Assembly: GCA_964016885.1 (NCBI GenBank)
Contig: OZ024743.1
Location: 100,564,001 to 100,628,000 of the forward strand
Reading direction: 5' to 3'
Origin: Eledone cirrhosa
Lineage: Eukaryota
Length of the DNA stretch: 64,000 bases
The notes under the pieces are model-generated. The model worked only from the letters and a program-made list of their open reading frames with translations. It was not told the origin of the DNA and did not search any database. Each line of letters opens with the position of its first letter. Position 1 is the stretch's first letter. Positions 1 to 12,830 of this stretch are shown piece after piece. The position numbers and the translations under genes are program-made.

Positions 1-439
1 TTCAGAGGGTTTGGGATAAAAAGGGTTAAGATATTAACAAAGCATAAAAGAAACAAGGATGAGTAACTGAAAGAAGAAATTGAGAAAAACTGCAGATTGC
101 ACCATATTGATCAAATACTCAAGACCAAGTTCAATATCAGATTTCAAAACTGGCTTTTAGATAAGGACTGCGTCAAGATGAACAATTGATTTCTTTCAGA
201 GGGATGCAGACAAAAGATATGTAGAAAAAGAAATAGCGAAGTTGTGAGATCTATGCATATGCCAACATCATGGATAATACAGTTGCTTCAGTAGAACTCT
301 ATTCACATGTAGAGTGCACTGCGCAGGTTTTTGTGTCGAGTGTCCAGGTTTTTGCAGTACTCGCATGATTTTTCAAAGACCTACTGCAGTGTGACTATTT
401 GGTCGGCTGTGCTGCTAGTGGGGAGAAAAACCACAATCT

Positions 440-1035
440 CTTTGCCAGACACTTAGCATAGACTTTACCAGGGAAGCTCAACAAGGAGATGTGTCTATGA
501 TTGGAACAATCTCTCTTGTCTCCTTTTTTGAAAATTGGGATTATTACTCCCAATTGCCATTGCTCATACATGAGTCAGCCAGAGAATACCTTCTCTATTA
601 AAGGCTTTTAACATCTAGGACCGGATTTCATCCTCCCTAGCGGCCTTGCCACATTTGAGCTCTTTCAACCAAAGCTTCAAGAGGTAAATCCTCCCTCCTA
701 ATGGTATTCAGTCCATAACACATTCCGACAACCCGGGGGCTTTTGGGTATCCTCACTCCCACCTGTACAGTTATTTCTGATGCCATACCTGAATAGTGTA
801 GTTTCAATCCTCCATCCAAATCTACAGTATCAGAGCCATGGAATTTTGTTGAGGAAACCCGACTATATCTAGCCTCCTCCACTAGTTCCTGCTCCTTACA
901 TGTAAGGGTTGTGATATTCCAGGTTCCAATTGTCATGGTTTGCTCTTTTCTGGGATCTTGGGATATGTAATCTTTGTGCATCCATCCCACGCCTCCCAGG
1001 ACAGGTCGCAAGCCCATCGCCAGTTTTTGTGGCAT
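440..1035 (-). mobile_element. Decayed RTE-clade LINE fragment (APE endonuclease N-terminus joined almost directly to RT N-terminus)
   Basis: Minus translation gives MTIGTWNITTL (APE motif I). At ~563-440 it gives QWQLGVIIPIFKKGDKRDCSNHRHISLLSFPGKVYAKCL, near-identical to the RT segment at 28160-28290. Confidence 0.8.
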
Positions 1036-1212
1036 GGAATGGAGATTGCAATATTAAAACTTCATAAACATATTTTATACTCATGACAATATGAAAACCA
1101 CACCATCTAAACATGTGTTGATTAGTTACCTCGGCATATAAATGGAGTTTGGATTTTTGCCCATTTCTCAGACATAAAAGGGGGGGGGGCAACTTGTATG
1201 CGAGTATCATAA

Positions 1213-2108
1213 TCTATAAAGCTCAGTGTGTGGTCAAGCTCCTTCGTTATAGAAATCTACGATATAGAATTTCTTCAATTGAAATTTACAATTCAGTATT
1301 CGAAATAGTTTCGATTGCATCTTGACGCAGATAATTTTTTCAATTTCACCCACAATTACGCAAAAAATAGATAAAACTCAATATTTTACGATTTTCCTCT
1401 GTCATTTAAACTGCTGAACTCTTTCTACTACCATTCAAAATCTATACAACTTCATACTTTCTGCTACTTTCTCTTTCCAAGCTTGATAGTGATACTGTCC
1501 GTTCACACCACTCCCTACCGTCTTAAATTTAGAAAACACATATCCTCTATGAGGTTACTAAACCTGCTAGAAACAGCAGCTAACTCTCCCCCATATCACA
1601 CCCCTCCCTACTGTCTTAAATTTAGAAAACATCTTCTATGAGGTCACTAAACCTGCCTGAAACAGCAGCTAACTCTCCCCCATATCACACCACTCCCTAC
1701 TGTCTTAAATTTAGGAAACACATATCCTCTATGAGGTCACTAAACCTGCTAGAAACAACAGCTAACTCTCCCTCATATCACAACCCTCCCTACTGTCTTA
1801 AATTTAGAAAACACACAGACAACCATGCAGAACAACTCCATCACAGCTCTGTTGTTCGGCTGGCATCGTCTACGCGCGTGTTGCGCAAGTACTGTGAAAC
1901 AATAAATTTCAACACTGTTTTGCACAGAGATAATATCTATAGGCGAAACTACAATTGTCACTGCTGGTGCAGCTCCTGCTTCGGCAGTCCAGGTCTGCAA
2001 TTCATTCACCCAGTGCCTGGCAGACAAAAAAGTGCTGCCATAAAATGGGTGGTGCAACCTAACTTTGGTAACTTAATGACCCCGAGCAACGCCGGGCTTT
2101 AATGCTAG
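1213..2108 (+). mobile_element. Probable non-autonomous Helitron
   Basis: The 3' end has hairpin CCCGagcaacgcCGGG (2081-2096) followed by CTAG|T (2105-2109), the same terminal motif as the elements at 3598 and 4485. The candidate 5' end A|TCtataaag at 1212-1221 is less certain. Confidence 0.55.
1503..1815. repeat. ~93-bp tandem repeat, ~3.5 copies
   Basis: tcttaaattt recurs at 1521, 1614, 1703 and 1796. The unit contains aacctgctagaaacagcagc, a motif also dispersed elsewhere (e.g. ~19220). Confidence 0.9.
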
Positions 2109-3597
2109 TATATGATAAGTGTAGATATGCAGTACTGGCGGGGACTTGTCCACCCAATGTCAACATGAAAGAACAGACATAAAAAACAATGATGATGATG
2201 ATTTCTATCAACATCAACAAACATGGGGAAAATAGATTTCTTTCTTCTCTTTAGTGAATGGGAGACAAACAACGATGAGGGAAAGATGTCAATTTCTAAT
2301 GAATTTCACAGGAGTAGATGTTTTAATAAAACTGTTACTTCCTTCCAACCCAGCAGTTCACTGTATTATCAATGTTCATTAAAGAGAACATTGTTTGCTG
2401 TTAAAATATTTAAAATGATAAACTATATTGGCATGCTTGTTATAAAGGGGAAATGTGCACCATTGCGAGCCAGCACATTACATTTAGCAACTAACACTAT
2501 CTTATCACATACACCTATATTAACAGCAAAAGCACCACTAACACTATCAAATCATTATAAATAGGCCTCTGAATATTTTCCCATTAAATGAGTTTAGAAA
2601 AATACTGGCCTGACTACCAACTGACCAATAGTGATATAACATAACTTCAAGCATAACTCAAACATAACTTCAGACATAACTATTTTGAGAATTGCAGTAT
2701 GCTGTTAAGAGTACAAACACACTGGCTGAAGCATTGACAGTTCATCACTAATGTTGAAGTTTTTGCTTAAGATAAATTTCTGTTGGCCTAAGTCATCTAG
2801 ATGTGTAAATAGGTACAATCTTCTCAGTAACTGGGGATGAGATGGGGCTTTATACTAGTGTCTCTAACTTAGTTCATACAAAGCTAAAGAATTCACTAAA
2901 ATATTTTGGGGGTTTGTACAAAAAAAAAAAAAGACAATTCTTACAAGGTTTGTCAGTAAAGTTTGACAGTTCCTGATATTCTAAACCACATACTTTAATA
3001 TATTATTCTTTTCTGAATTGTTGGAGTAGAGTGGCTGATGCAGCAGGTGTCTCTGGCTGCTCTCCACAACAATGCCTTCACAATTTTGTCTAGACTAGGT
3101 GTAGAGCATACTGCTCCCTTCTCCTTTACTTTCACCATTTCATTTTTTCTCTCTTTTTTCAAACATATAATCCAGTTGAAATTTGTTGAATAAAATTGTT
3201 AGACAATATAAAGAGGAATAAAAAAAAAAACATATATATTCTTTCGATTACAAAGTTTAAACACTTTAAAAAAATATGTCTAAAGAAATACATTGCCTAT
3301 ATGTTTCAAATAATTTTTAAAATAATAAAGAAGTTATAGATATTAAGTAATACAACTAACTTTCTCAATATTAAGCTGATCTTGGGAATATAACTTAAAA
3401 ACACTTACATAAAATTATGATGGTAGGTTTTTAGATAAATATAAACAGTTAAAAACTTTTGGTATCACAGAACTAAAAGTAGTTGCAAGTAGTTTGGAAT
3501 CAAAAGAGATACGAGTTCTTTAAAGGATTCTAATATTTGGGGTTCATATTGTGGAAAAAAGGTTAGAAACCACTGTATATATCTTGAATATAATCTA

Positions 3598-4484
3598 CTA
3601 GCAGTGGTACCCGGCGTTGCACGGGATAAGGTATTTTGGAAGGTGGGCCGCTAACAGACCTAGTCATGGAAAAACTGCATGCCTGGACAATATGTAAAGA
3701 AAATAAACCGAATACTCTGATGGCTGGATAATCTTTAAGATTTTCCTCGATGAAGCAGGAAAAATGCAGGTTTTCACCTAATGCAGGCCCTAGGGGATCA
3801 ATAAAATGAATTTCTTTTATGTGCATAATATGCCTTAAAAATCGGTTAGACGTAACGCCTCCAAAAAGCCCTAAAAAGCTGGAAAAAAATGAAGTTTTTC
3901 ACCTAATTCAGGCCCTAGGCCATAAAAAAGTTGGATTTTCTTTGCTCACGGTATGAAGAAGAGACTGACTAATACATAGTTACAATTTCAAGGAAATCGG
4001 TCTGACGTAACGCCTCAAAAAAACCCTAAAAAGCTTTAAAAAACGGAATTTTTCACCTAATGCGGGCCCTAGGAGATCAGAAAGTTGAATTTTTTTATGT
4101 GCATAACACTCCCTGAAACATTAATACACATGTAAAGTTTGAAAAAAATCGGTTGGGTACTTCCCAAGTTTTAGGGATTCCAGCTCACAGACAGGGAAGT
4201 GACGTAATGCAGTCACTCAGACATACAGACATATTATAAGGGCGCGACGTTATATCTATGTATCTATCTAAAAAGAGAAAGACTAAGAATTATAGAGAGA
4301 GATCGCTAAATCGCCTAATGCGGTCCCTAGGGCATTGAAATTTAGAAATTTTTTTTGCTCAGAACACTCCCTGAAACATAAGTATTACATGTGTAACGTT
4401 TGAAAAGAGTCGGTTGGGTACTTCTCGAGTTTTAGGAATTCAAACACACACACAGACAGACATCCTCAGTCTTATATATATAGA
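3598..4484 (-). mobile_element. Non-autonomous Helitron, unit A
   Basis: The minus strand starts TCtatatatataagactgaggatgtctgtctg at 4484 and ends cccgtgcaacgccggg-taccactg-CTAG|T at 3598. It has internal sub-repeats (ttttcacctaatgcnggccctagg). Confidence 0.75.
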
Positions 4485-4630
4485 CTAGCAGAATGGCCCG
4501 GCGTTGCTCGGGATTTTCTCTAGGGTTCTTATATATTTGATATATATTTATCCTTATCGAGCCTCGTGAAATAAATACGTTTGTTTATATTTTGTTATTG
4601 TTTATGCAAAAATATCTGTATACGAATATA

Positions 4631-4667
<37 letters not shown>

Positions 4668-5330
4668 AAGTACGGAATACATCGGCCTCGGGATGGTATC
4701 TAGATTTTGTGCTTATAAAAAAAATTTGTAGATTACCAGGGTTTTTCCGTGCGAAGAAAATCAATACTTTATCGCGAAATAAATACTTTTGTTTATATTT
4801 TGTTATTGTGTATGCAAAAATATCTGTACACGAATATATAATTATATATATATATATTAAAATAACAGATTAAAGTTTAAGCAAAGAATCGCTGCTATCA
4901 CCCTTAACGGGATCTTCTGAAACTAAAAAAAAAAAACAATCTGTGAACGCAGAAGTAAATATTTCGAAAAACGATATGTATATATATATATACACACACT
5001 ATATATACATATATATATATACACACACACACAGCTGCGTCATAAGGTCGTAATACAGACAGCCAGACATACAGACATATTATAAGGGCGCGACGTTATA
5101 TCTATGTATCTATCTAAAAAGAGAAAGACAGAGTTATAGAGAGAGATCGCTAAATCGCCTAATGCGGTCCGTAGGGCATTGAAAATTTGAAATTTCTTTT
5201 CTCAAAACACTCACAGGACCATAAGTATTACATGTGTAAAGTTTGAAAACAATCGGTTGGGTGGTTCTGGAGTTTTAGTGATTGGACAGGCAGACAGACA
5301 GACAGACATTCTCTGTTTTATATATATAGA
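4485..5330 (-). mobile_element. Non-autonomous Helitron, unit B
   Basis: The minus strand starts TCtatatatatataaaacagagaatgtctgtctg at 5330 and ends cccgagcaacgccggg-ccattctg-CTAG at 4485. Segment 5065-5330 is homologous to 4218-4484. Confidence 0.75.
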
Positions 5331-5501
5331 CAAGGCCAGCAATTACCCAGTACATTACTGGTACTTTATTTTATCTACCCCGTGAGGATGAAAGGCAAAG
5401 TTAACCTCGGCGGTATTTGAACTCAAACCGTAAAGGGACGTAACTCCATGCTATGAAGCATGGTGTCCGACTCTCTACAGATTCTGCCAATCCACCGCCC
5501 T
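5331..5501 (-). mobile_element. tRNA-like SINE family B, 3'-clipped copy
   Basis: Matches the copies at 41702, 42812, 44312, 49094 and 57034. Contains a B-box-like GTTCAAATAC and gttaactttgcctttcatcc. Confidence 0.85.
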
Positions 5502-5502
5502 A

Positions 5503-5779
5503 ATGTCTGTACGTAATGAGGGAGCGAGAGGGGAGAGAAAGAAAGGCAGAGGTGAAGTGACGAAGTGACTCTCTCCTCCTCCATCTCCCCATTCGTCACA
5601 GCGATAGAGGGGAGGAATGTTAGTGTGTTACAAAGAGAAAGAGTGAGAGTGAGAAAAACAGACAGACTAAAAGAGAGGGATAGCTGGAGAGAGAGAGAGA
5701 TAGCAACAGATACAGTACAGTAGCTAAGGGATGTATATATATTTCTGTGTGTATATATATATACATTTCTGTGTGTGTA

Positions 5780-5812
<33 letters not shown>

Positions 5813-5913
5813 GAAATATATATACATTTCTGTGTGTGTAATATATATATATATATACACACACACACGGAATATATATATATATTACACACACAGAAAT
5901 GTATATATATTTC

Positions 5914-5954
<41 letters not shown>

Positions 5955-6211
5955 CACACACAGAAATGTATATATATTTCTGTGTGTATATATATATATT
6001 TCTGTGTGTGTATATATATACATATTACACACACACAGAAATGTATATATGTTTCTGTAGCACTCCTCAATTCCTCCCTTCCGCTATCCCCCTCTTGTAG
6101 TCTGTCTCTTTCTTTCACTCTCTCTCTACGCGTGCGCAAAAAACATTCGCACGCGCGCACGTGTTTCCACTGTCGGACAGACAGAGAAATTGCTGGTTAT
6201 ATATTATAAGA
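5503..6211 (-). mobile_element. Helitron-like 5' fragment containing a palindromic TA/CA minisatellite
   Basis: The minus strand begins A|TCttataatatataaccagcaatttctctgtctgtcc, the same style as units A/B. Region 5730-6055 is an array of cacacagaaat-(at)n-atttctgtgtg units. No CTAG 3' end was seen. Confidence 0.45.
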
Positions 6212-9200
6212 TTACAAGCAATCGTCATTTTTTAAACAGCTTTATATTCAAGTGTTTGAGATTTGTAAGAGTGCCAGCACACTGGCTGAACAATTCATAA
6301 CACATCAGCATTCAACTTCTCTCTCTCTCTCTCTGCGTGTGCATGCCCATAAACACCACATCCAGCATTAAATAGGTACAGACTGTCTCCATGAGGATAC
6401 AGTACCAAGTTTGAATCCACAGGCGATATCAAAAAGACCAATATGAACACTAGATATACAATTAATTTTTTTAATTAAATAGAAACTCTTAGATAACTTC
6501 CCTCAGAGTTATGAAATTAATTAGAAATCAATCAATGAAGAACGTTCTTATGGTTACAACAGTCTCTGTGGTTGATTTTATCAGCTGGGTGGTTAGTAAG
6601 AATGGACATGCATGTATTGAAATGTATATATCCAAGAATCGAACTCACAACCTCTCAATTGCAAGCCCAACACACTAACCACTAAGCCATGTGCCTTCAT
6701 ACATAAAATACACACACACACGCAGTTTTATCTTAAGCTATAACTAAATATTATTGGCAAATTAGAGACAATAGCTTTCTCTCCTCACCAAATTTACATG
6801 CCATGACAAGATTATTAAAAATATTTCAAAACACCTGCTTTTCCATTACTTCCTACTCTACCAAATACACTGAGATACCTTTACATGTTTATGACCAAAC
6901 TTCAACAATCCTAAAAGAGATAGAGAAAAAAAAGAGTGATACAAAGGTAGAAGTTTTGAAATAATTTCCTTTGAATGGGCACAAGGCCAATATCAATCAA
7001 CAAGTAAAGTGGTTGTGGTATTGTGGAAGGGTGTTCAGCTGGGTTCATAATTGATTAGGTTAACACTAGTATATTAGTGCTGCTTATATTAAAAGCTCAC
7101 CTCACCTCACCAACCATAGTTGGATATTGTAGTCAAACTTGGCTGTAAGCAACAAGACAGATTGAGTCTAGGTTATGGTTGTTGCAACAGTTCATACATA
7201 TGCAGGTTTAGATAGCCTCCAAAAGATACCTTATAGGAGGCTTCTGTCATATTTTAATGGTTAAGGGCCCCAGATTGTTGCAAGTGTTAACCTCCAACTG
7301 TTGCTGGTACTAATTTATTTTCCAGCAGAAAAGACTGAAACAATGTGAAATGAAACATCTTGCTCGGGTCCAGGAATCAAACTCCCAGTTATATTATTTT
7401 CAGTCCAACACCTGGGCCACATGCCTTAACATTTTGCCTAAGTATTTATTATAGATGTTAAACAAAGTAGTGTATAAAGTGAAGAAGGAGTGGATAAGGT
7501 ATCAAACTCTCAAAAGGACTGAAAATTCAGATTCTACTGAAGTTCTATTTTTATGAAAAAAAAAAGATATTTAACCATGTTGTTACCATTTTTCTAATGA
7601 AAGATGAACATAATTTTAAAATACCTTTGTAAATAATCAAGAATTTGAAAGGATTAAGTAATATAACCAACTTTTTCATTATAAAAGCTTGTGGTTTGAA
7701 CATAAAAGTTAATACATAAAAATTATTAAAGGTTTTTAGATAAATATTAACATTATGAAATAAACAGCTTTGTATTGTAAAATCAGGCAGTTCGGTATCA
7801 AAAGGTTCAATTCTACTCGCATCTGCTAATTTAGTTGGAGAATGCAAATCAAACTTAAGTGCTAACTAGACATATGTTTAAGGCTACAGATTATTTGCAT
7901 CGCTGTGTCACCAAAGATTGGATTCAGCAATGGCACCTTCCTAGGAATTCCCTTTAAGCCCTGAAGAACTTTCAAGTGTGTGTATACATTTATATACACA
8001 CATATATATATATATATATATATTCAGAAAACAGCAAGATTTAGGTCAATAGTCACAGACAGAATGTTACAACTAACATCATGGTGAATAGAGAAAAACT
8101 TCAAAAGCCTAGCATCCACTTTGACCAAGTACTGCAGCTTAACTCTTTCATTACTAGCTTTCTTATAAAAGACTACCTATAATTTCTAAAATAAAAATTT
8201 GAAGGCGTTTAATAATATAACTTTCTCATTATTAAGCTGGTGTTTGAAATATCTACAAGTTTCTTTAAAAAAATTATGAAGAAAGGTTTTCAAATATATA
8301 TAAACATTGTAAATTTAACAGTTTTGAATCATAAAACCAAGAGTGATTTGGTATTAAGTGAATTAATAAGCAAGACTCAGCCTGGCCTTATCTGCCCTGA
8401 CAAAACTGAATGTAATATGGAAAACCAGTTTCATTAGTTTTCCCACAAAGCTAAAACTACAAGCTCCTGGTGTTCTCAGTCCTTTTGCACAGGAGCGAAA
8501 GCTGGACACATACAGCTGGCAAGAAGCAAAGAATCCAGGACTTTGAACTCAAATGCTTCAGAATACTGCTAGGCATCTCCTACACAGTGCACAAAACAAG
8601 CATCTTTGTGAGGTAGCAAGTCAAATATTCTAGCCAATTAAAAAAAAAAAGGAAGTTTGCCTGATAGGAACATGCATCCTACCACAACCCACAACTCCCT
8701 ACCCAAAAACCATTCTCCAAGGCAGAGTTGAAAGGGGGCAAAGAAGAAAAAGATAATTCTGATCTGACATCAAGGATTGAATAGATTTGAATGTTTGGGC
8801 AACCCTGCAAACAGAAATCGGTGATGATTGTTGACTGCCAAAATGTCTAGAGTGGCACCCCAACAACTGACTAGGCCAGTTACAGAAGATTTTATATATA
8901 TATATATATATCACAGAAAAAAGAGAATCAGTGTTGCGACGAAAGGAATTTATTGGACATATTACAATTGTTTCTCAGGCGACCAGCTCGAGGCACGATC
9001 GATATGGTGATCAAACCTAACTGAAATCGCGCGGTCCTCGGATATGTCTCGATTCTACGAAGCAGATTTTCCTATTGTCCTTTAACATTGATTTCCTTCG
9101 TTTGTTGATTTATATCCTCTTGTCATTCCATGAGTGGTCAAGAATTGTACACGTCATCGGTATTTCTAGCCACTCATGGTTGCCCACTGCTTCATTCTTC

Positions 9201-9952
9201 TCGTTCTCCACCTGTCAATCAAAATCTGTGTTTATGGCTGTATTGTTAAGTATTTGTTTTGCAACCATATGGTTTCAGGTTCAATCCCACTCTGTGACAA
9301 ATTCGACAGCTGCTTTCTAATATAGCCAAGTCAGTGAAATTTGCTAAACCACCATACCATCAAAATCAGCGCTTTGAACAAAAATACCCTATAGTCTTTA
9401 GTTTGCACTCAGTTTAACTTCCTACTTTAAGTCATCCCAACAAATAAAATTCCTTGTAAGCAGTGCACCAGCATGGCCACAATCCAATGACAGAAAACAG
9501 TAAAAAATATATAAACAAATATATCAATAAATAAATAAATATATAAAGATATTTTTTAGAATAATCTAATATAAATACATATGACATATACACACGCACA
9601 TACAACTTTAGATGTATATACATGCATCTATATATGTATATTGATATATTAGTCTTAAGGCAGGAGCTTATCTCAATTTCATGTAGTGTTAAGCAACTAA
9701 AAGTACAACACTCCACATAGGCTAGGATGCCAATCTGTCGCCGTGTTAAACCCCAGGTGCGACCAGAACTCATTTTATCACGAGAGTGAAGTGGAGCAAT
9801 GTAAAATGAAGTACATTGCTCAAGAACAAACATGCCAACTAGTTCAGCCTAAAGTATTATGCCAAAATGTTGGCAGAAAAATCTAGACCCCAGAATAACT
9901 CCTGCCGTATTCTCAGTTAATAAAAAAAAAAAATCATATATATATATATCTA

Positions 9953-10338
9953 TCATCATCATCGTTTTACGTCCGTTCTTCCATGCTAGCATGGGTTAGA
10001 CGGGTTGTCCTGTTGTGGGCAGTGTCCAGTCGGTCGACTTTGTCTTGCTCATACGGGAACTGATTCTGGCTTGATTTCTACAGATGGATGCCCTTCCTAA
10101 CACCAACCTCATTTACAGTGAGTGTTGGGTGCTTTTTTTCCGTGGCACCTACACGTCCACTTTGCAGTGGAATGATAGGGACCTCAGTCCCTATCATCTC
10201 ATTTCTACAGGTGAGTAAACTGGAACAATGTGAAATAAAGTGTCTTGCTCAAGGAAACAACACATCACCCGGTCCGAGAATTGAACTCGCAACCTTTCGA
10301 TTGCAAGCCCAATGCTCTAACCACTAAGCCATGCACCG
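9953..10338 (-). mobile_element. tRNA-derived CORE-SINE with RTE-LINE 3' tail (family A)
   Basis: Minus strand shows A box tggcttagtgg, B box gttcaattc, and CORE-like ccttgagcaagacactt...cagtttactcacctgtagaaatg. Then come ~210 bp nearly identical to the RTE 3'UTR at 38910-39120 and a (TGA)n tail. Confidence 0.85.
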
Positions 10339-10563
10339 TTATATATATATATATAAATATATAATCATCATCATCATTTAACGTCCATCTTCCAAGCAAG
10401 CATGGGTTAGACAGGTTTGTCCCATTTGAGGCAAGTTGTGTTAGGTGACCGTGTCTTGTTCATATAGAACTGTTTCTGGCTGGTTGCCCTTCCTAATGCC
10501 AACCACATTTACAGTGTGTACTGGGTGCTTTTTGCTGTGTCTCCTACACAACCACTTTACAAT

Positions 10564-10602
<39 letters not shown>

Positions 10603-10952
10603 GCTTTAGGCACTGAGTTCTCTTTCTCCCATTTCTAAAACCAAATGAACCTATACATATATAACATACTCACACACATACATTATAAACACATATGTAT
10701 ATCATCATATGCCTATACTCTATGCTGGCATGGGTTGGATAAATATATGTATTATATGTACCGAGTTTTGCCAAACCAATGGCTAATCCCTTTTGCAACC
10801 ATGTGGTTCTAGTATGTTCCAAAATTGAATTAGCTCAGTGAAACTTAAGTACCAGTCAACCAAGATACATATAATACAACTCTGCTACATGTATGGAGTC
10901 AGCCTAACGGTAAATGTTATTTTTATACCTGTAAATCTACAACCCAACATTA

Positions 10953-10954
<2 letters not shown>

Positions 10955-11010
<56 letters not shown>
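10955..11010. repeat. (GT)n microsatellite
   Basis: Direct inspection. Confidence 0.95.
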
Positions 11011-11012
<2 letters not shown>

Positions 11013-11399
11013 ACAGACAATTATCATCTCAACACACAAATTAAATGAAAATGTAGCTTGAAGAATATTAGTACAATTCACACTAGAAATTCTAAACTAG
11101 TTTCTTTTTGTTTTTCTAACAAATTAGTTTATTTTTAGTAATATTGTCAGAGATTAAAAACCTGCGTTAATCCAAGTTAATCTTTGTTGAGAGGTAATGA
11201 CTAGAATTTCTATACTCTCAAAGGTCACTACTTTAAGCTTTAGAGTTTTAACATCTAGCTACAATAATCAGTGAGGATTCTAAAGTTCAATACACATGAA
11301 AAGAGCTTCCAAAAATTCATGGCTTGAATATACAAGCATTTTAGGGCCATATTCCCTGCTAAAGCAAGGGTGCCTTGTGGGCTCCATGACTAGCTTCTC

Positions 11400-11640
11400 C
11401 ATTTCCCCTTATAAACACCAACCCCTCCCCAACTTTCATTTCTTCCTCCTTCATATTACTTCTTGTTATTCTCCTTCCCCTATTTCTTTCTACATTCATT
11501 TCTTCACCCCTCTCACCCAGTCATATTCATCCTTCCTCAACACATGACTAAACCATCTCATTCCATTTCTCTTCAAAACGTTCATCACTTGCTCTATTCT
11601 TATCTTCTGTAAACTCATTGTCCTCCTCTCTCTCAACAAT
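11400..11640 (-). mobile_element. Old RTE LINE C-terminal fragment
   Basis: Minus translation VLKRNGMRWFSHVLRKDEYDWVR resembles the RRLRWYGHVMRM motif of the RTE copies in this window. Confidence 0.55.
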
Positions 11641-12071
11641 ATTCCATAACAAATATAGTTTGAATATGTACACATGAAATATATAACTTGCTTATAAATT
11701 TGGAATAAATCATTCATGTTGCCAATCCTAATTTTGTTTCAAATATATCTCATCACAAAAATCTTATGCATTTTTTCAGCTTTTCATGACAGAAAAAGAA
11801 AAGAGGCGATCATCAGATCAAACCAACGAAACATTTCCATTAGTTTTTATATTACTGATGCCATCTGCTGGTTGCAACTCCTGGCAAAAAGAAGAGGTAT
11901 TTTAACTCAGAATGCACAGATCAGAAACTGCATCCTGTCCGACACTTTAACAATCCACTCTTCCTTTATTGACCTTGATGAGAGTCAAAGTTGACTTGTG
12001 TATTTAATCTGACTCATCAAAAATCAATATTTAAAAAAAAAAATCAAACCAATATAACATCTCCAAGAACT

Positions 12072-12412
12072 TAGTGTTTCGGTGTTTTTAAGACCACTGG
12101 TGGTCCGAGTGAACATTTTGGTGGTCCACAGAAAAGTGTGGACATCATTTACACTTTTGTGTTTTATTAATAATAAAGCAAAAATAATATTCGCTTAAAT
12201 TATATTTCATAGCCCCTTAAAAAATGTTCCTCCTCAGTAAAGAATTAACATCCATGAAAGAATTTTACACATATGTATCATCTATCGACAATATGACACA
12301 CATATGCTTCAGTATTGTTTCGACCACCGACCATTAATTCATATTAGTGGTCCGTGGGATTTAAAATTATGAATTTAGTGGTCTGATAGGTCCAAAAGGT
12401 TGGTGACCGCTG
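12072..12412. mobile_element. Degenerate hAT(Charlie)-type MITE
   Basis: Ends aaaaggttggtgaccgctg and has repeated gtggtcc subterminal motifs. The left end is degenerate. Confidence 0.45.
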
Positions 12413-12429
12413 TTTTAGATGGTTTGTTA

Positions 12430-12830
12430 ATTTTGCCCATGTCAGAGTGTGAGCTGTGATTTACATTGTCTGTTTCAGAACCAATCTAATATAGGCAGTC
12501 AAGTACACAGCTGCCCCAGTAACATTGAACGAAGAAATAGTCAATCTGATAGGCCATGAATCCATTGTTTGAGTACCATATAGCTAGGAGTTTTGTAGAG
12601 ATGTTTTAACCAAATATACATTACCACCAATTGGTTTGCTGGAACAAAGTTTACTAGATCTCATTGGTGTAATGATCACCAATTGCAAAATATCACCTTT
12701 ACTTGTGTTGGGATTCCAATCAACAATGACAAAAATGAGATCAGAAGAGGATGCCCTCTCAACAGCCAAGCGCACACACACTGTCAAAACATTCATCAAA
12801 CTAGGTCTATAGTAGAAGACAGATCTAATC
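12430..12830 (-). mobile_element. Decayed LINE APE-endonuclease fragment
   Basis: Frameshifted minus translation gives DLIFVIVDWN ... NFVPANQLVV ... WYSNNGFMAYQIDYFFV..WGSCVLDC, corresponding to the GDxN and TW/IDY endonuclease motifs. Confidence 0.6.

Noticed and set aside
5423-6209. Overlapping YI/CV-rich ORFs
   Set aside because: These are translations of a TA/CA minisatellite. The same applies to ORFs at 30257-30895 and 32334-32645.
10270-10338. tRNA gene
   Set aside because: A and B boxes are present, but it continues into CORE and LINE-tail sequence and recurs as SINE heads, so it is not a stand-alone tRNA.
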